From Candidatus Omnitrophota bacterium (lineage in GTDB: Bacteria; Omnitrophota; Gorgyraeia; Ghiorseimicrobiales; Ghiorseimicrobiaceae): DNA of 62,016 nt. Positions within the stretch are counted from its first letter, which is position 1. Every line of letters begins with the position of its first letter. Both the position numbers and the translations under genes were made by a program. This document shows, in pieces, positions 34,391-48,928 of the stretch. The notes under the pieces are model-generated. The model was not told the origin of the DNA. It saw nothing but the letters and a program-made list of their open reading frames with translations, and searched no databases. The stretch lies in assembly GCA_030681595.1 (NCBI GenBank), contig JAUXSB010000036.1:1-62016 (forward strand), written 5' to 3'.

Positions 34391-34511
34391 CCCCGTTAGA
34401 GATAACCCCGAAGTTTCGGGGCGTCTATCACACATAATTTTATTGATTAAGCCGTTGTTTCTATAATTAAGTGTTGCTGCATAAATGCTAAACAAGGTAT
34501 CTCTAACGGGG
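34391..34511. mobile_element. MITE-like element copy c
   Basis: 121 bp. Perfect 14-bp inverted ends CCCCGTTAGAGATA/TATCTCTAACGGGG and internal hairpin ACCCCGAAGTTTCGGGGC. Flanked by the direct repeat TCAAG on both sides. Confidence 0.65.
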
Positions 34512-34573
34512 TCAAGCAAAAATGCCGGTGAATTGGCTTAGCTTAAATACCGGGGGTGTTTTGCTGTAACTGA

Positions 34574-37500
34574 TTAGTTAAAGGCGAGTTTTACCTCTCT
34601 TAAATCCTGGCTGGCTTGGAGGACTGTAAAGAACCGGCTTGCTTCTTCGTCTAATTCTTGCCGCTGGCTTAATTGACTTAATAACTCTAAGATAGCCGCC
34701 TTCTGGGTAAGGTCTTTAATGAGGCCATATTTTACAAAAGATATTATTTCGTGGACATGTAGCAGGGCCAAGCTATCCCAGCCTTGATTTAAAGCCCTTG
34801 TTGCGCGCAGGATTTTTACGTCCGCGGCGTTAAGGCTAGATACATATTTTTCGTCTTTAAGGATTAATTCTATTTTGCTTAGGTCGATACCGCCTTTATC
34901 CGCCTCCGATAAACCACTATCTCTGTATGTTTGTAACGGCATTATTCTATTTAGTGACGCTTCATTTTCCCCGGCTAACGCCGCGGTGGATTGCTCATCA
35001 GGCGTGTTTTGAATAGTGGCGAGTTTTTTAAAATCATCCACGACGCTTGTGATATTTTGATATTCTGCTTCGCCAAAACGGGCCTTTGCTTGGCTTAATT
35101 TTTCCTTTACCTTAGCGATAAACGCTTCAAGCTCTTTTACTTTTTCGCCACCGCTAAAATTATCTTTTATTATCGCGCTCAGCAATTCTTCCCGGTCGTC
35201 TTCCTGTATCAACCCTCCGGGCAAACTTAAGGCCTTTAGGGCTGTTTCTTTCAGCGCTTCCGCAACCTGCGGAACCATGCTTAATTCTTTGCTTAATCTA
35301 CCCTGGCGCTTTAAATAATCCAATGTATTTAAAAAATCGCCTGCCGCTTTATCCATCGACAAAGGAGAAAAAGCAAGGCTGCTGCCATCTTTTTTTAACA
35401 CCTTTCCTTCGCTATCCAAATCAAACACTAATGTATTTAAGCCGCGTTTGGAGAATCTGTAGCCCCGGCTATCCAATAAGACGACCAGCTTATCAAATGC
35501 GCTATCATTAACCGAAAACTCGGCGCTTGCTTCCTGCGCTGTATTCCTTACTCTCTCCCAAAAATCACTATAAGGCTTAAAAAGATTTTCATACCCGAAA
35601 CCCCCGGCAAGCATTCCGTTTTTAGAAAACACGGCCTCTGTTCCTAAAGCCACCGGAACAAGCTTAAGGCCGGCATCGGTTTTTTGGTTTTTGTAAACCA
35701 TAAATTCCATTAAAGGAGCAAGCCCTTGCCCGGAAGCCTTATTGCCTATAAGAATATACCCGCCTTCTTTTACATTTTTTGCCAATATGCCCAATACTTC
35801 ATTTTCCCGCCCCTTATAATAATCCATACCGTTAAAGAAACGCACAACATCCGCCTTTTCTTCCAAGGCCAGATTAAACAAATCACCCTCTTTGAATTTT
35901 AAATTCGCAAGCTCATAATCTTTAAAAGGGCTGACGATTCTTTTATTACCATTTTCATCTTTGAAAACATTGTTTTTAATCAAAAGCTCCCTGCGCCTTA
36001 AAACATTCTCTATCTCTTCCGGAGACAAAGAATCACTTCCCGCGTATCCATATAAGAATTGTTCGTTTGCGTCGAAAAAAGCAACAATCTCTTCACCCAA
36101 ACCAAGCGGCCTTCCGGACATGTCGGTATAAATCTCTACTGTTTCCTGCGGGATAATACGGTCCATGCCTATAACATTTGCCCGTCCGCCCAAAGCCGCG
36201 GCCAACTCATTTGTAGTCGCGGGAATACGGCCCATACCAATATCTAAAACCACGGGCTTGCTTTCCTCATTCCCAGGCTCATCTTTAAGCAAGCTGCTGA
36301 TGTAAGGGTGTGTTGCCGCTAATCTCTTTTCGTAAGTTGTTCCGGGGGTTAAATGCCCTATTTCACGCTCGTCTATTTTTCTAGAGGAATAAGCATTAAC
36401 GATCCTCTCGGCGGTTTTAAGATTCCCCTCCGCGGATAATTTTAGCAGATAAACATCGCTTGCTTCTATATTCTCTATTTTATTAAATCCGTCGAGCGCC
36501 TCTCGATAAAGCGGCAACGCGTCTTTAAACGCTCCTACTGACATATATCTGTTTGCCCGCCCAAGGATCTCCTCTGCCCCCGAGGAAACGGATTGCGTTT
36601 CGTTATTCGCCAGCGGCGAGCCGGCAGCGGCATTTTTTAACCTTAAATTTTTAAACGGAATATCTAAAACAATTTCTTTTCTGCCGTCATCTTTTATTAG
36701 CGCAGAAAGCCTGCCGCCAACCTTATTCAGAGATCTTTCTACAGCGCTTAAGCCTTCGCCTAATCCCCCCAGGCCGCCGTATTTTGCCTTATCATCAGCG
36801 GTGAGCTGTTCGGGGCTTAAGCCGTTATCAATAAAGCTGATTTTTAAATTATCTTCTTCTATTTTAAAAGACGCCTCTATCTTTCCGGCATATCCTTGCG
36901 GCCTTAAAATACCTTTTTCCTTTAAGTAGTCTTCCTTGTAAAAAAAGTTGACGGCATCAGAGGCATTTTTTCCAATCTCCCCTAAGCTTTCTTTTAAGTT
37001 AAAATCATTTTTTGGGTCAAGAAAAGACGGGTCATACTCGACAGGCAAAGAGGAGATAAATTTATTCATCTGATATAGATAGATTTTTTCCCGCGGGAAA
37101 AACTCAAGCGGCTTGCTTATAAAATCGGCTAAGGCATTCTTTATCTTTAATCCCTCCCCGTTTATACTGCCCGGGACAAAAAGGTTAGATTGTTTCTTGC
37201 GGGATAATATATATTCTATTCTTTCACCAATGCTCGGGTGGGTCTCCCTGTCCTTTATTCTTCCCTTAATCAGCCCGGCTTTTTCTGCCTCGTCAAATAA
37301 TTCGGGCGTCCTTTTAAGTATACTTACCGCGTCTTCAATGCTATGGCCCTCTTTTTCTATCAGCTCGACTGCCCGCCAATCCATATTATGCTCTTTTTGT
37401 TTTACCGCTTTTATTTTTTCTTTTTCCGGCTTAAATAATCCACTAAAGGTATTTTTAATATTTTGGAATACGCTCGCATTATCGCTATTTTCTAGCTCCG

Positions 37501-38995
37501 CGAGCTCGTGAGCGAATAAAAAAGCAAGCCCCCCCCCGCTAATCTCGCCTGCATGGTATTTGGCAATAATAAAATTGTGCGCCAGTACTTTCCCGAAGGC
37601 CGGCTGTAAAACTATCAAGCCCGGTAAATCGTCTTCAAAATAAAGCCCGGCCGGTTTATATTTTAACACGGGTTTTAGCGCTGTGAATATATCCTCCGGC
37701 GTGGATATCTTTTTCCCTGCTGCTCTGCCTCCCGCTGCCGCGGCGATGGCTGGCCCTTGCCCGCCAGAGGCAAGATTTTTTTTCATTGACGACGCGACAG
37801 AAACAATCTTTAATTCCGTCCGGGACATTTCATTACGAAAAGTCGGATCCGTGCCGCCGATAACAACCAGATTAGAATCATTGGCGAGATCAACTTTTAT
37901 TTTATCTAAGATGCCGGGGGTTTTTAGCGCATCGTTAAGCCCCACCACCTTAAGAGGCGAGGCTGTACCTACGCTGCCTCCTGTACCTAGTGTACCCGGG
38001 ACTGAAAAACCTGTAGTAGTGCCTTGACCGGCCAAGTCCATCACTATGCCGCCGCTCCAATACATCCGCCTTAAACCGAAAAGAGTATCCTGTAATTTAT
38101 ATTCACTTTTTTGATAGGAATCAACATATTCCTGCCAGATTTTCTGCTTTGCCCAAGGGAGCTCCGATTCTAATCCGTTTGTATAGCCGCGGTTAATGCT
38201 CAAGGCAAAGACGCTGGCTGATGATTTATGCTTTCGCTTAAACCACTCTGCCAAAATAAGCGAATGGTAAATCTGGCGTAGCGGCGCATAGGCAGGCCCG
38301 CTATTTATTTCATCTGTCAACGCCGGCAGGATAATCTCTTTCATTAATTTTTCCATAACTACCTGCGTTTCATCCTGCGGGTTTTCTTTTAGGTATTCGT
38401 TTTCCGATAAAACTTTCAGTTTTGCCGAGGCAACCAAAGCACCGTCTTCCGTCTCAACCACCACCGCCTCATCAGGGACAATCCAGACACGGTTGGAGGT
38501 GGCGATTTTCATCTTCTTGACGTTATCTTTGCCGATTGCCGCGTAAAGCTTTTCCCAGAATTCTTTTCCTTTTGCATTTGCCGGATGCAGGTATTTAGCC
38601 GCATCTTTTTTTAGCTGCAAATCCTCTTCGAGCAGAACCCTGCCCATATCTGTTTTAGCGAGCTCTTCGGAAGCGATTCTTTCGGGCTCGTCCGGGCGAA
38701 GATTAACCCAGAGCGTATGGTTAGGCAGGGTTACCCCTAAGAAAAAATAATTGATAAGTTTTTTGGCTTCCCGGTCTAAGTTTTCTTTTGCCTGTGGATT
38801 TACGCCTAAAAGAAAATTAAAGTAGTTAAAGGGGTTGGCAGAATTGACGCTCAGATATTTAAGTACGGGGGGTTGCCCAAAATTAACCCGGGGGTTTACG
38901 GCAGGCAAAACCTGAGCAAGCCCCGAAGAATGGGCGCAAAAACACAAAGCTGCCGTCAAAGCGATGGTTTTCTTAAAAAGGGTGCTATGTCGCAT
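34574..38995 (-). CDS. very large secreted multidomain protein (degenerate M48-like region, GHKL-ATPase-like domain, TPR-like region, class I SAM-methyltransferase-like domain)
   Basis: The ORF is open to 39040, but MRHSTLFKKTIALTAALCFCAHSSGLA (start 38995) is the signal peptide. FAHELAELEN ... ETHPSIGERI resembles an M48 site with HExxE instead of HExxH. NASDAV / DNGLS / GGLGGLGEGLS resemble GHKL N, G1 and G2 boxes. VVLDIGMGRIP ... VIGMDR resembles SAM motifs I/II. Confidence 0.6.
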   Translation of the reverse strand: MRHSTLFKKTIALTAALCFCAHSSGLAQVLPAVNPRVNFGQPPVLKYLSVNSANPFNYFNFLLGVNPQAKENLDREAKKLINYFFLGVTLPNHTLWVNLRPDEPERIASEELAKTDMGRVLLEEDLQLKKDAAKYLHPANAKGKEFWEKLYAAIGKDNVKKMKIATSNRVWIVPDEAVVVETEDGALVASAKLKVLSENEYLKENPQDETQVVMEKLMKEIILPALTDEINSGPAYAPLRQIYHSLILAEWFKRKHKSSASVFALSINRGYTNGLESELPWAKQKIWQEYVDSYQKSEYKLQDTLFGLRRMYWSGGIVMDLAGQGTTTGFSVPGTLGTGGSVGTASPLKVVGLNDALKTPGILDKIKVDLANDSNLVVIGGTDPTFRNEMSRTELKIVSVASSMKKNLASGGQGPAIAAAAGGRAAGKKISTPEDIFTALKPVLKYKPAGLYFEDDLPGLIVLQPAFGKVLAHNFIIAKYHAGEISGGGLAFLFAHELAELENSDNASVFQNIKNTFSGLFKPEKEKIKAVKQKEHNMDWRAVELIEKEGHSIEDAVSILKRTPELFDEAEKAGLIKGRIKDRETHPSIGERIEYILSRKKQSNLFVPGSINGEGLKIKNALADFISKPLEFFPREKIYLYQMNKFISSLPVEYDPSFLDPKNDFNLKESLGEIGKNASDAVNFFYKEDYLKEKGILRPQGYAGKIEASFKIEEDNLKISFIDNGLSPEQLTADDKAKYGGLGGLGEGLSAVERSLNKVGGRLSALIKDDGRKEIVLDIPFKNLRLKNAAAGSPLANNETQSVSSGAEEILGRANRYMSVGAFKDALPLYREALDGFNKIENIEASDVYLLKLSAEGNLKTAERIVNAYSSRKIDEREIGHLTPGTTYEKRLAATHPYISSLLKDEPGNEESKPVVLDIGMGRIPATTNELAAALGGRANVIGMDRIIPQETVEIYTDMSGRPLGLGEEIVAFFDANEQFLYGYAGSDSLSPEEIENVLRRRELLIKNNVFKDENGNKRIVSPFKDYELANLKFKEGDLFNLALEEKADVVRFFNGMDYYKGRENEVLGILAKNVKEGGYILIGNKASGQGLAPLMEFMVYKNQKTDAGLKLVPVALGTEAVFSKNGMLAGGFGYENLFKPYSDFWERVRNTAQEASAEFSVNDSAFDKLVVLLDSRGYRFSKRGLNTLVFDLDSEGKVLKKDGSSLAFSPLSMDKAAGDFLNTLDYLKRQGRLSKELSMVPQVAEALKETALKALSLPGGLIQEDDREELLSAIIKDNFSGGEKVKELEAFIAKVKEKLSQAKARFGEAEYQNITSVVDDFKKLATIQNTPDEQSTAALAGENEASLNRIMPLQTYRDSGLSEADKGGIDLSKIELILKDEKYVSSLNAADVKILRATRALNQGWDSLALLHVHEIISFVKYGLIKDLTQKAAILELLSQLSQRQELDEEASRFFTVLQASQDLREVKLAFN

Positions 38996-39129
38996 AGTTA
39001 AATAATTTAAGTATAATAAGGCTATATATAAATATACCACATTTTTGCGGCGGGTATAAGAGGATAGGAAAGTTTCGAAGAAAGCGCTTTCAAAGAAAAA
39101 CCCTAACTGTAAAAAATTAGAGTTTTATT

Positions 39130-39310
<181 letters not shown>

Positions 39311-39319
39311 AAAAAATAT

Positions 39320-39396
39320 TGGCGACCCCAACGGGATTTGAACCCGTGTCGAGAGCTTGAAAAGCTCTTGTCCTAACCAGGCTAGACGATGGGGTC
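39320..39396 (-). tRNA. tRNA-Glu (anticodon UUC), CCA encoded
   Basis: Reverse complement GACCCCATCGTCTAGCCTGGTTAGGACAAGAGCTTTTCAAGCTCTCGACACGGGTTCAAATCCCGTTGGGGTCGCCA. Anticodon arm AGAGC/TTTTCAA/GCTCT. Confidence 0.9.
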
Positions 39397-39442
39397 AACG
39401 CTTACGCTAAATGCAAAATTCAGAACGGAAAATGTAAAATCC

Positions 39443-41881
39443 CTACTCCTCTTCGCCTTCTTCGGCGATGACCGGAGCGACACAAGAAACCCGATCTTTA
39501 TCTCCCAGTTTAATCAGACGCACACCTTGGGCTGAGCGGCCGGTTTCGCGGATATCTTTTATGGCACAACGCAAGAACATCCCGTTTTGGGTAATCACCA
39601 TCAGCTCATCATTGTCGTTCACCGTCTTTAACGCCACTGCTTCGCCATTTTTATCGGTAACTTTAATATTTACTACGCCTTTGCCGCCGCGCGAGGTTAA
39701 CCGGTATTCTTTTACCGGGGTGCGCTTAGCAAAACCCAGCTCGGTAACAGTTAATACCGTAGCCTCTTTGTCGGCCACTATCATAGCGATAACTTCATCT
39801 TTCTTGGCGAGCGTTACGCCGCGCACGCCTTTCGCGCCCCTCCCCATATCCCGGACCTTTTCCTCGGAGAACCTAACAGCTTTACCCTGGCGCGTGCCAA
39901 TAAATAATTCCTTCTTCCCATCGGTCATTTCCACACCGATAAGCTCATCATCTTTTTCTAAGGTAATCCCGATAATGCCGCCCTTACGCGGGTTGCTGTA
40001 AGCATCAAGCTTAGTTTTTTTAATTAAGCCTAATTTAGTCACCATCACTAAATATTTATCCGCGGAAAATTCCTTCACCGGGATAGTAGAGCTAATTTTA
40101 TAGCCCTGCTCCATCGCCAATAAGTTAACAATGGCCTTACCTTTAGACACGCGAGAGCCTTGGGGGATTTCATAAACTTTTAGCCAATGCACCTGGCCTT
40201 TATCGGTAAAAACCAAGAGGTAGTCTTTGGTTGAGGCGACAAAAAGGTGTTCAATAAAATCTTCTTCTTTGAGATCCGCTCCTGTTGCCCCCTTGCCGCC
40301 GCGCTTTTGCTTGCGATAAGAGCTTACCGGCAGGCGCTTAATGTAGCCGCCATGACTAATCGTTACCACTACATCTTCTTCGGCAATCAAATCTTCTACT
40401 TCCAGCTCTTCTACTTCACCAACAATGTCTGTGCGGCGCTCATCTCCATATTTCTTTTTTAAATTTTCCAGCTCTTCTTTAATAATTGCCTCTATTTTTT
40501 TCTCGGAGGCAAGTATCGCGCGGCATAGCTCAATCTTCTTTAAGAGCTCGGCATATTCGGCATCTATCTTATCTTGTTCAAGGGCAGTCAAACGCTGCAG
40601 CTGCATCTCAAGGATCGCCTGCGCCTGAATTTCTGAAAGCTCAAATTCCTTCATCAAGCGCTCTTTGGCAACCTCTGTATTTTTTGAGGTTTTGATTGTT
40701 TTTATAATGCGGTCAATATATTTTAAGGCAATCTTTAAGCCTTCTAAAATATGCGCGCGCTTTAATGCCTTATCCAGCTCAAACTGCGTCCTCCGCCGGA
40801 TAATTACCTTACGGTGGGTAATATAATACTCCAGCATTTGGCGCAGGTTCAAAACGCACGGACGGTTCTCTACCAAGGCAAGCATAATAACCCCGAAGGT
40901 GCCTTCCAGCTGGGTATGCTTAAACAACTGGTTTAGGACAATCTGCGGCTCGGTATCGCGCTTGAGCTCTATCACGATGCGCATCCCGTCTTTATCCGAC
41001 TCATCGCGAATATCAGAAATTCCCTCAATCTTTTTATCATCCACTAAGTCGGCGATAGATTCAATCAAGCCTGATTTTTGCACTTGATACGGTATCTCGG
41101 TAACAACTACCCAATCTTTGCCGTTTTTCTGGTGTTCAACTATTGCCCGGGCGCGCACCAAAAGCTTGCCCCTGCCGGTTAAATACGCCTCTTTAATGCC
41201 GCCCTTACCGCAAATAATCCCGCCGGTCGGAAAATCCGGGCCCTTAATATAATGCATTAAATCTTTTATCCCAGCCGTAGGGTGCTCAAGAAGATATATT
41301 ACCGCATCGACCACTTCATTTAAATTATGCGGGGGAATATTCGTTGCCATGCCTACAGCAATGCCGCTTGATCCGTTAACTAACAAATTAGGCAATGCCG
41401 CCGGAAGTAACAACGGCTCTTTCAACGAGGCGTCAAAATTCGGCCCGAAATTCACCGTTTCTTTATCAATATCGGCAAGCATCTCATCGGAAATTGCGGC
41501 AAGGCGAGCCTCTGTGTACCTCATCGCTGCTGCCGCGTCCCCATCAACCGATCCGAAATTGCCTTGACCGTCGACCAAGGGATAGCGTAAAGAGAAATCC
41601 TGGGCCATGCGCACTAAGGTATCATAGATAGCCACATCTCCATGCGGATGATACTTACCCATGGTTTCGCCGACGATACGCGCGCATTTCTTATAAGGCT
41701 TAGAGTGCTCGAGATTAAGCTCCTGCATAGCATACAGTATACGCCTATGCACCGGCTTAAGCCCATCGCGGACATCGGGCAAAGCACGGCCGACAATAAC
41801 GCTCATGGCGTAATTTAAATACGAATCCTTTACTTCTTCTTCGATATAAACCGGGATTATTTTTTCGCCCCTTGTGTACAT
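39443..41881 (-). CDS. gyrA: DNA gyrase subunit A
   Basis: 812 aa. N-terminus ...[30 protein letters not shown], catalytic-Tyr region AAAMRYTE, C-terminal beta-pinwheel repeats. Confidence 0.97.
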   Translation of the reverse strand: MYTRGEKIIPVYIEEEVKDSYLNYAMSVIVGRALPDVRDGLKPVHRRILYAMQELNLEHSKPYKKCARIVGETMGKYHPHGDVAIYDTLVRMAQDFSLRYPLVDGQGNFGSVDGDAAAAMRYTEARLAAISDEMLADIDKETVNFGPNFDASLKEPLLLPAALPNLLVNGSSGIAVGMATNIPPHNLNEVVDAVIYLLEHPTAGIKDLMHYIKGPDFPTGGIICGKGGIKEAYLTGRGKLLVRARAIVEHQKNGKDWVVVTEIPYQVQKSGLIESIADLVDDKKIEGISDIRDESDKDGMRIVIELKRDTEPQIVLNQLFKHTQLEGTFGVIMLALVENRPCVLNLRQMLEYYITHRKVIIRRRTQFELDKALKRAHILEGLKIALKYIDRIIKTIKTSKNTEVAKERLMKEFELSEIQAQAILEMQLQRLTALEQDKIDAEYAELLKKIELCRAILASEKKIEAIIKEELENLKKKYGDERRTDIVGEVEELEVEDLIAEEDVVVTISHGGYIKRLPVSSYRKQKRGGKGATGADLKEEDFIEHLFVASTKDYLLVFTDKGQVHWLKVYEIPQGSRVSKGKAIVNLLAMEQGYKISSTIPVKEFSADKYLVMVTKLGLIKKTKLDAYSNPRKGGIIGITLEKDDELIGVEMTDGKKELFIGTRQGKAVRFSEEKVRDMGRGAKGVRGVTLAKKDEVIAMIVADKEATVLTVTELGFAKRTPVKEYRLTSRGGKGVVNIKVTDKNGEAVALKTVNDNDELMVITQNGMFLRCAIKDIRETGRSAQGVRLIKLGDKDRVSCVAPVIAEEGEEE

Positions 41882-41902
41882 CTACCCTCGCTTTGCTCGG
41901 GA

Positions 41903-41956
41903 GAAACCAGCTTACAGTAACCAGAGATACCAGATTTTTCTGGTTTCTGGCTTCCG
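41903..41956 (-). repeat. ACCAGA/TCTGGT word hairpin (gyrB-gyrA spacer), homologous to 513-576
   Basis: aaaccagcttacagtaaccagagataccaga-tttt-tctggtttctggcttccgg. Shares the flank ctcgctttgctcgggagaaaccag with the carA-carB spacer. Confidence 0.75.
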
Positions 41957-41965
41957 GCCCCTAAC

Positions 41966-46019
<4,054 letters not shown>

Positions 46020-46030
46020 AAGACCAATCC

Positions 46031-47125
46031 TTAACCTAGCCGCATTGGCAAGACCACATACACATAGCCATTATGGCGGATTACCCCGGGTTTTTCACCG
46101 TCACTCAATTCTAGTATAATATCTTCTGTTTTTAAATTTTTCAAGACATCTATTAAATAATTCGGGTTAAACCCTACCACTATTTCTCTGCCCCCGTATT
46201 CTACGCCAATTTCTTCTCTGGATTCGCCAATATCAGGCGTGGATTTGGAAACTACGATTTTATTTTTAAATACTTCTATTTTTACCGCTTGATAATCAGG
46301 GGTATAAAGCAGGCTCGCTCTTTTCAGGGCAGCCATAAAAACATCCCTACCCACTTTTATCTTGTTATCCACAGCCTGTGGAATAACCTGTTGATAATTC
46401 GGAAATTCCCCTTCAATTAAGCGAGAAATTATTAACAGGTTAGATAAATCAAACATTACCTGGTTAAACCCCAAAACAATAGAAACCACACCCTCATCCT
46501 TAAGGTTGCGCATTAACTCTTGTATCGTTTTAACCGGTATAATCATTTTTATTTCCTGGTTTATAGAAGCGTTTAATTTTCTCTCCACCACCGCAAGCCT
46601 TCTTCCATCCGTGGCTACCATTTTTAACATATCTTGCTTTATTTCTACTAGCATACCATTCAAAACATATCTCGTTTCATCGTGAGAAATAGCAAAATAA
46701 GTTAAATTTAACAACTCTTTTAGTGTTTTCTGCTCAACACTAACTACTTTCTTATCTTTAAACTCCGGTAATTTAGGGAATTCATCCTTGGGTAACCCCA
46801 TTAATTTAAACTGACATTTCTGTGAATCAATAATTACAGAATTGTTTTTCTTTACAGTAATATCAATATTACCTTCCGGTAAATCCCTAATTATTTCAAA
46901 AATTTTCTTTGCCGGCACAGTGATCGCGCCCTGTTCTTGAATATTGTTTGCGGGTATATTTATTAATATTCCTATATCCAGGTCTGTGGCGACAAGTTTG
47001 ATGTTGTTATTTTCAGTTTCAATTAAAATATTAGAAAGTATCGGCAGGGTATTTTTAAGACTTACTATATTTTGCATAATCTGAAGGTTATTTAATAGGT
47101 CTTCTTTAAAAATCTGGATTTTCAT
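46031..47125 (-). CDS. dnaN: DNA polymerase III beta sliding clamp
   Basis: 364 aa, three-domain clamp. N-terminus MKIQIFKEDLLNNLQIMQNIVSLKNTLPILSNILIE. Follows dnaA. Confidence 0.95.
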   Translation of the reverse strand: MKIQIFKEDLLNNLQIMQNIVSLKNTLPILSNILIETENNNIKLVATDLDIGILINIPANNIQEQGAITVPAKKIFEIIRDLPEGNIDITVKKNNSVIIDSQKCQFKLMGLPKDEFPKLPEFKDKKVVSVEQKTLKELLNLTYFAISHDETRYVLNGMLVEIKQDMLKMVATDGRRLAVVERKLNASINQEIKMIIPVKTIQELMRNLKDEGVVSIVLGFNQVMFDLSNLLIISRLIEGEFPNYQQVIPQAVDNKIKVGRDVFMAALKRASLLYTPDYQAVKIEVFKNKIVVSKSTPDIGESREEIGVEYGGREIVVGFNPNYLIDVLKNLKTEDIILELSDGEKPGVIRHNGYVYVVLPMRLG

Positions 47126-47252
47126 TATTATTCCTCCGATGATTACTAACTATATTAAACAAATAAAATAGTAGTTGTAGTAGTAGTGGTGAATATAAAC
47201 TTTGATAAGCCTGAAACTACACGGGCTTGCGCGGGTTGTAAATAAAAAAACC

Positions 47253-47261
47253 TGTGGATAA
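47253..47261. promoter_or_regulatory. perfect DnaA box (TGTGGATAA) in the dnaA-dnaN spacer
   Basis: Exact reverse complement of the consensus TTATCCACA, 9 nt past the dnaA stop and next to an AT-rich stretch (47126-47200). Confidence 0.7.
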
Positions 47262-47269
47262 GGTTTTAA

Positions 47270-48601
47270 TTAACTCTTAATATCCGTGCTTAATTTGTCA
47301 ATAATATCAGAGATCTTTTTGTCTTCTTTAATTTCCCGTTTTATTTTATTACACGCATAAAGCACTGTGGTGTGGTCTTTGCCGCTAAAAGCTTCACCTA
47401 TATCGGGAAGTGAGTGGTTGGTTAATTCCCGGGTTAAATACATCGCAATTTGGCGAGGTAGCACAAATTGTTTATTGCGTTTTTTGTTTTTTAGCTCTCC
47501 CACGCTCAGGCTAAAAAAGTCCGCGACAGAACGCTGTATCAATTCAATAGTGACGGTTTTTTTAGTTTCTTTTAACATGTCTTTTAAAACCTCCCGAGCT
47601 AAATGTAAAGAAATAGCCCTTTCTTCCAGTGAAGAATAAGCCACTACTCTAATCAGCGCGCCTTCCAATTCACGGATGTTGGTCTTTATGTGCTCAGCGA
47701 TAAAGGAAATTACCTCGTCAGGGACCTTAAACGGTTCAAGTTCTATTTTTTTTCTTAAGATGGCTGCGCGGGTTTCAAAATCCGGCGGCTGGATATCGGT
47801 GACTAAACCCCAGCTAAAACGGCTGATAAGCCTTTCCTGTAGGTTTGGAATTTCTTTTGACGGCCTGTCGGAAGACATAATAATCTGTTTGTGGTTGTCG
47901 TATAAGGCGTTAAAAGTGTGGAAAAATTCTTCTTGCGTGGATTCTTTGCCGGCAATAAACTGGATGTCATCAATCAGCAAGATATCAACATTTCTGTATT
48001 TAGCGCGGAAGGCGTTAGTGGAATGGCCACGGATAGCCTCGATTAATTCGTTGGTAAAACATTCGGAAGTAGTGTAGGAGATTTTTATTTTGGGGTTGCG
48101 TTTAAATGAAGCCAAGCAGATTGCCTGCATTAGATGGGTTTTGCCCAACCCCACCCCGCCGTAAATAGACAAAGGATTATAGGCTTTTGCCGGCGCGTCT
48201 ACTATGGCTAAAGCCGCGGCATGGGCAAACCTGTTAGATGAGCCGACGATAAAGTTTTCAAAAGAATAGCGCGGATTTATATGCGGCAAATTTATCGTTG
48301 GGGTAATAGATCTGGCTTGTGGTGGGTTTTGGGTTTGCGCCGGTTGTTGGCCGCCAGCCTCGGGAATGACAGATAGGCTTATGTTCAGGCCGGGCTCTAT
48401 GCCGTTTAAGATTTCCCGCAGCAGGCTAGAATAGTGCCTTTCAAACCACCCCTTGAAAAAAACATCGGGCATTTCCAATATCAGGGTGTGCGGATGTTCT
48501 AATCTTGCTTTTATGGGGTCAAACCAAGTTTGTTTAACGACGGTCCCAACCTTTTCTTCAATGATTTTTTGGGCCCGTGACCAGATAGGATATATATCCA
48601 T
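47270..48601 (-). CDS. dnaA: chromosomal replication initiator DnaA
   Basis: The ORF is open to 48676, but the likely start is MDIYPIWSRAQKIIEEKV at 48601; the extension would cover a DnaA box. AAA+ Walker A GGVGLGKTHL, box VII and a C-terminal DNA-binding domain (HTTVLYACNKI). Confidence 0.95.
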   Translation of the reverse strand: MDIYPIWSRAQKIIEEKVGTVVKQTWFDPIKARLEHPHTLILEMPDVFFKGWFERHYSSLLREILNGIEPGLNISLSVIPEAGGQQPAQTQNPPQARSITPTINLPHINPRYSFENFIVGSSNRFAHAAALAIVDAPAKAYNPLSIYGGVGLGKTHLMQAICLASFKRNPKIKISYTTSECFTNELIEAIRGHSTNAFRAKYRNVDILLIDDIQFIAGKESTQEEFFHTFNALYDNHKQIIMSSDRPSKEIPNLQERLISRFSWGLVTDIQPPDFETRAAILRKKIELEPFKVPDEVISFIAEHIKTNIRELEGALIRVVAYSSLEERAISLHLAREVLKDMLKETKKTVTIELIQRSVADFFSLSVGELKNKKRNKQFVLPRQIAMYLTRELTNHSLPDIGEAFSGKDHTTVLYACNKIKREIKEDKKISDIIDKLSTDIKS

Positions 48602-48928
48602 AAGGAAAGCTACGAATTCACAAGTTATCCACAGGTTATTTGTCAACGGATAAAAATATGTTACGGCTAAAAGCAATATGATCTACCGGACAGCATAATG
48701 TTTGTTTTTCGCCAGTTTCTGACCGGGAATTTTGACAACCTGTGTAGGTTTTTGTTGCCTGTAACAGCATAAGAATTATAACAGAGGAATATTTTTTTGC
48801 AAGAAAAATTTTCAATAAGCGTATAACTTAGGAGCGTAAAAGGGCGAGCATATTAGGCGAGCGGGTATAAGTTGTGCCGTCATTTATTTCGCTTGACTTA
48901 ATAAGGCGTTGTGTTATAATTTTTCATT
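48602..48928. other. candidate oriC / divergent promoter region between dnaA and rpmH
   Basis: Perfect DnaA box TTATCCACA at 48625-48633, degenerate box-like sites (e.g. TTATCCGTT on the complement of 48645-48653) and an AT-rich tract at 48780-48815. The coding strand switches exactly here. Confidence 0.6.
48893..48920 (+). promoter_or_regulatory. sigma70-type promoter of rpmH
   Basis: TTGACT - 16 nt - TATAAT, ending 8 nt before the rpmH ATG region. Confidence 0.6.

Noticed and set aside
23876-34511. Reading the GTTAGAG ... CTCTAAC elements as integron attC sites.
   Set aside because: In attC the order is RYYYAAC ... GTTRRRY, whereas here GTTAGAG comes first and TAAC last on either strand. 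There is no intI integrase or cassette-like ORF array. The elements sit inside a conserved pilus operon.
36960-37500. Calling the 1488-aa protein an active M48 metalloprotease.
   Set aside because: The putative zinc site reads HELAE (HExxE), not HExxH. Only the downstream HPS..ER element is retained, so I report it only as a degenerate peptidase-like region.
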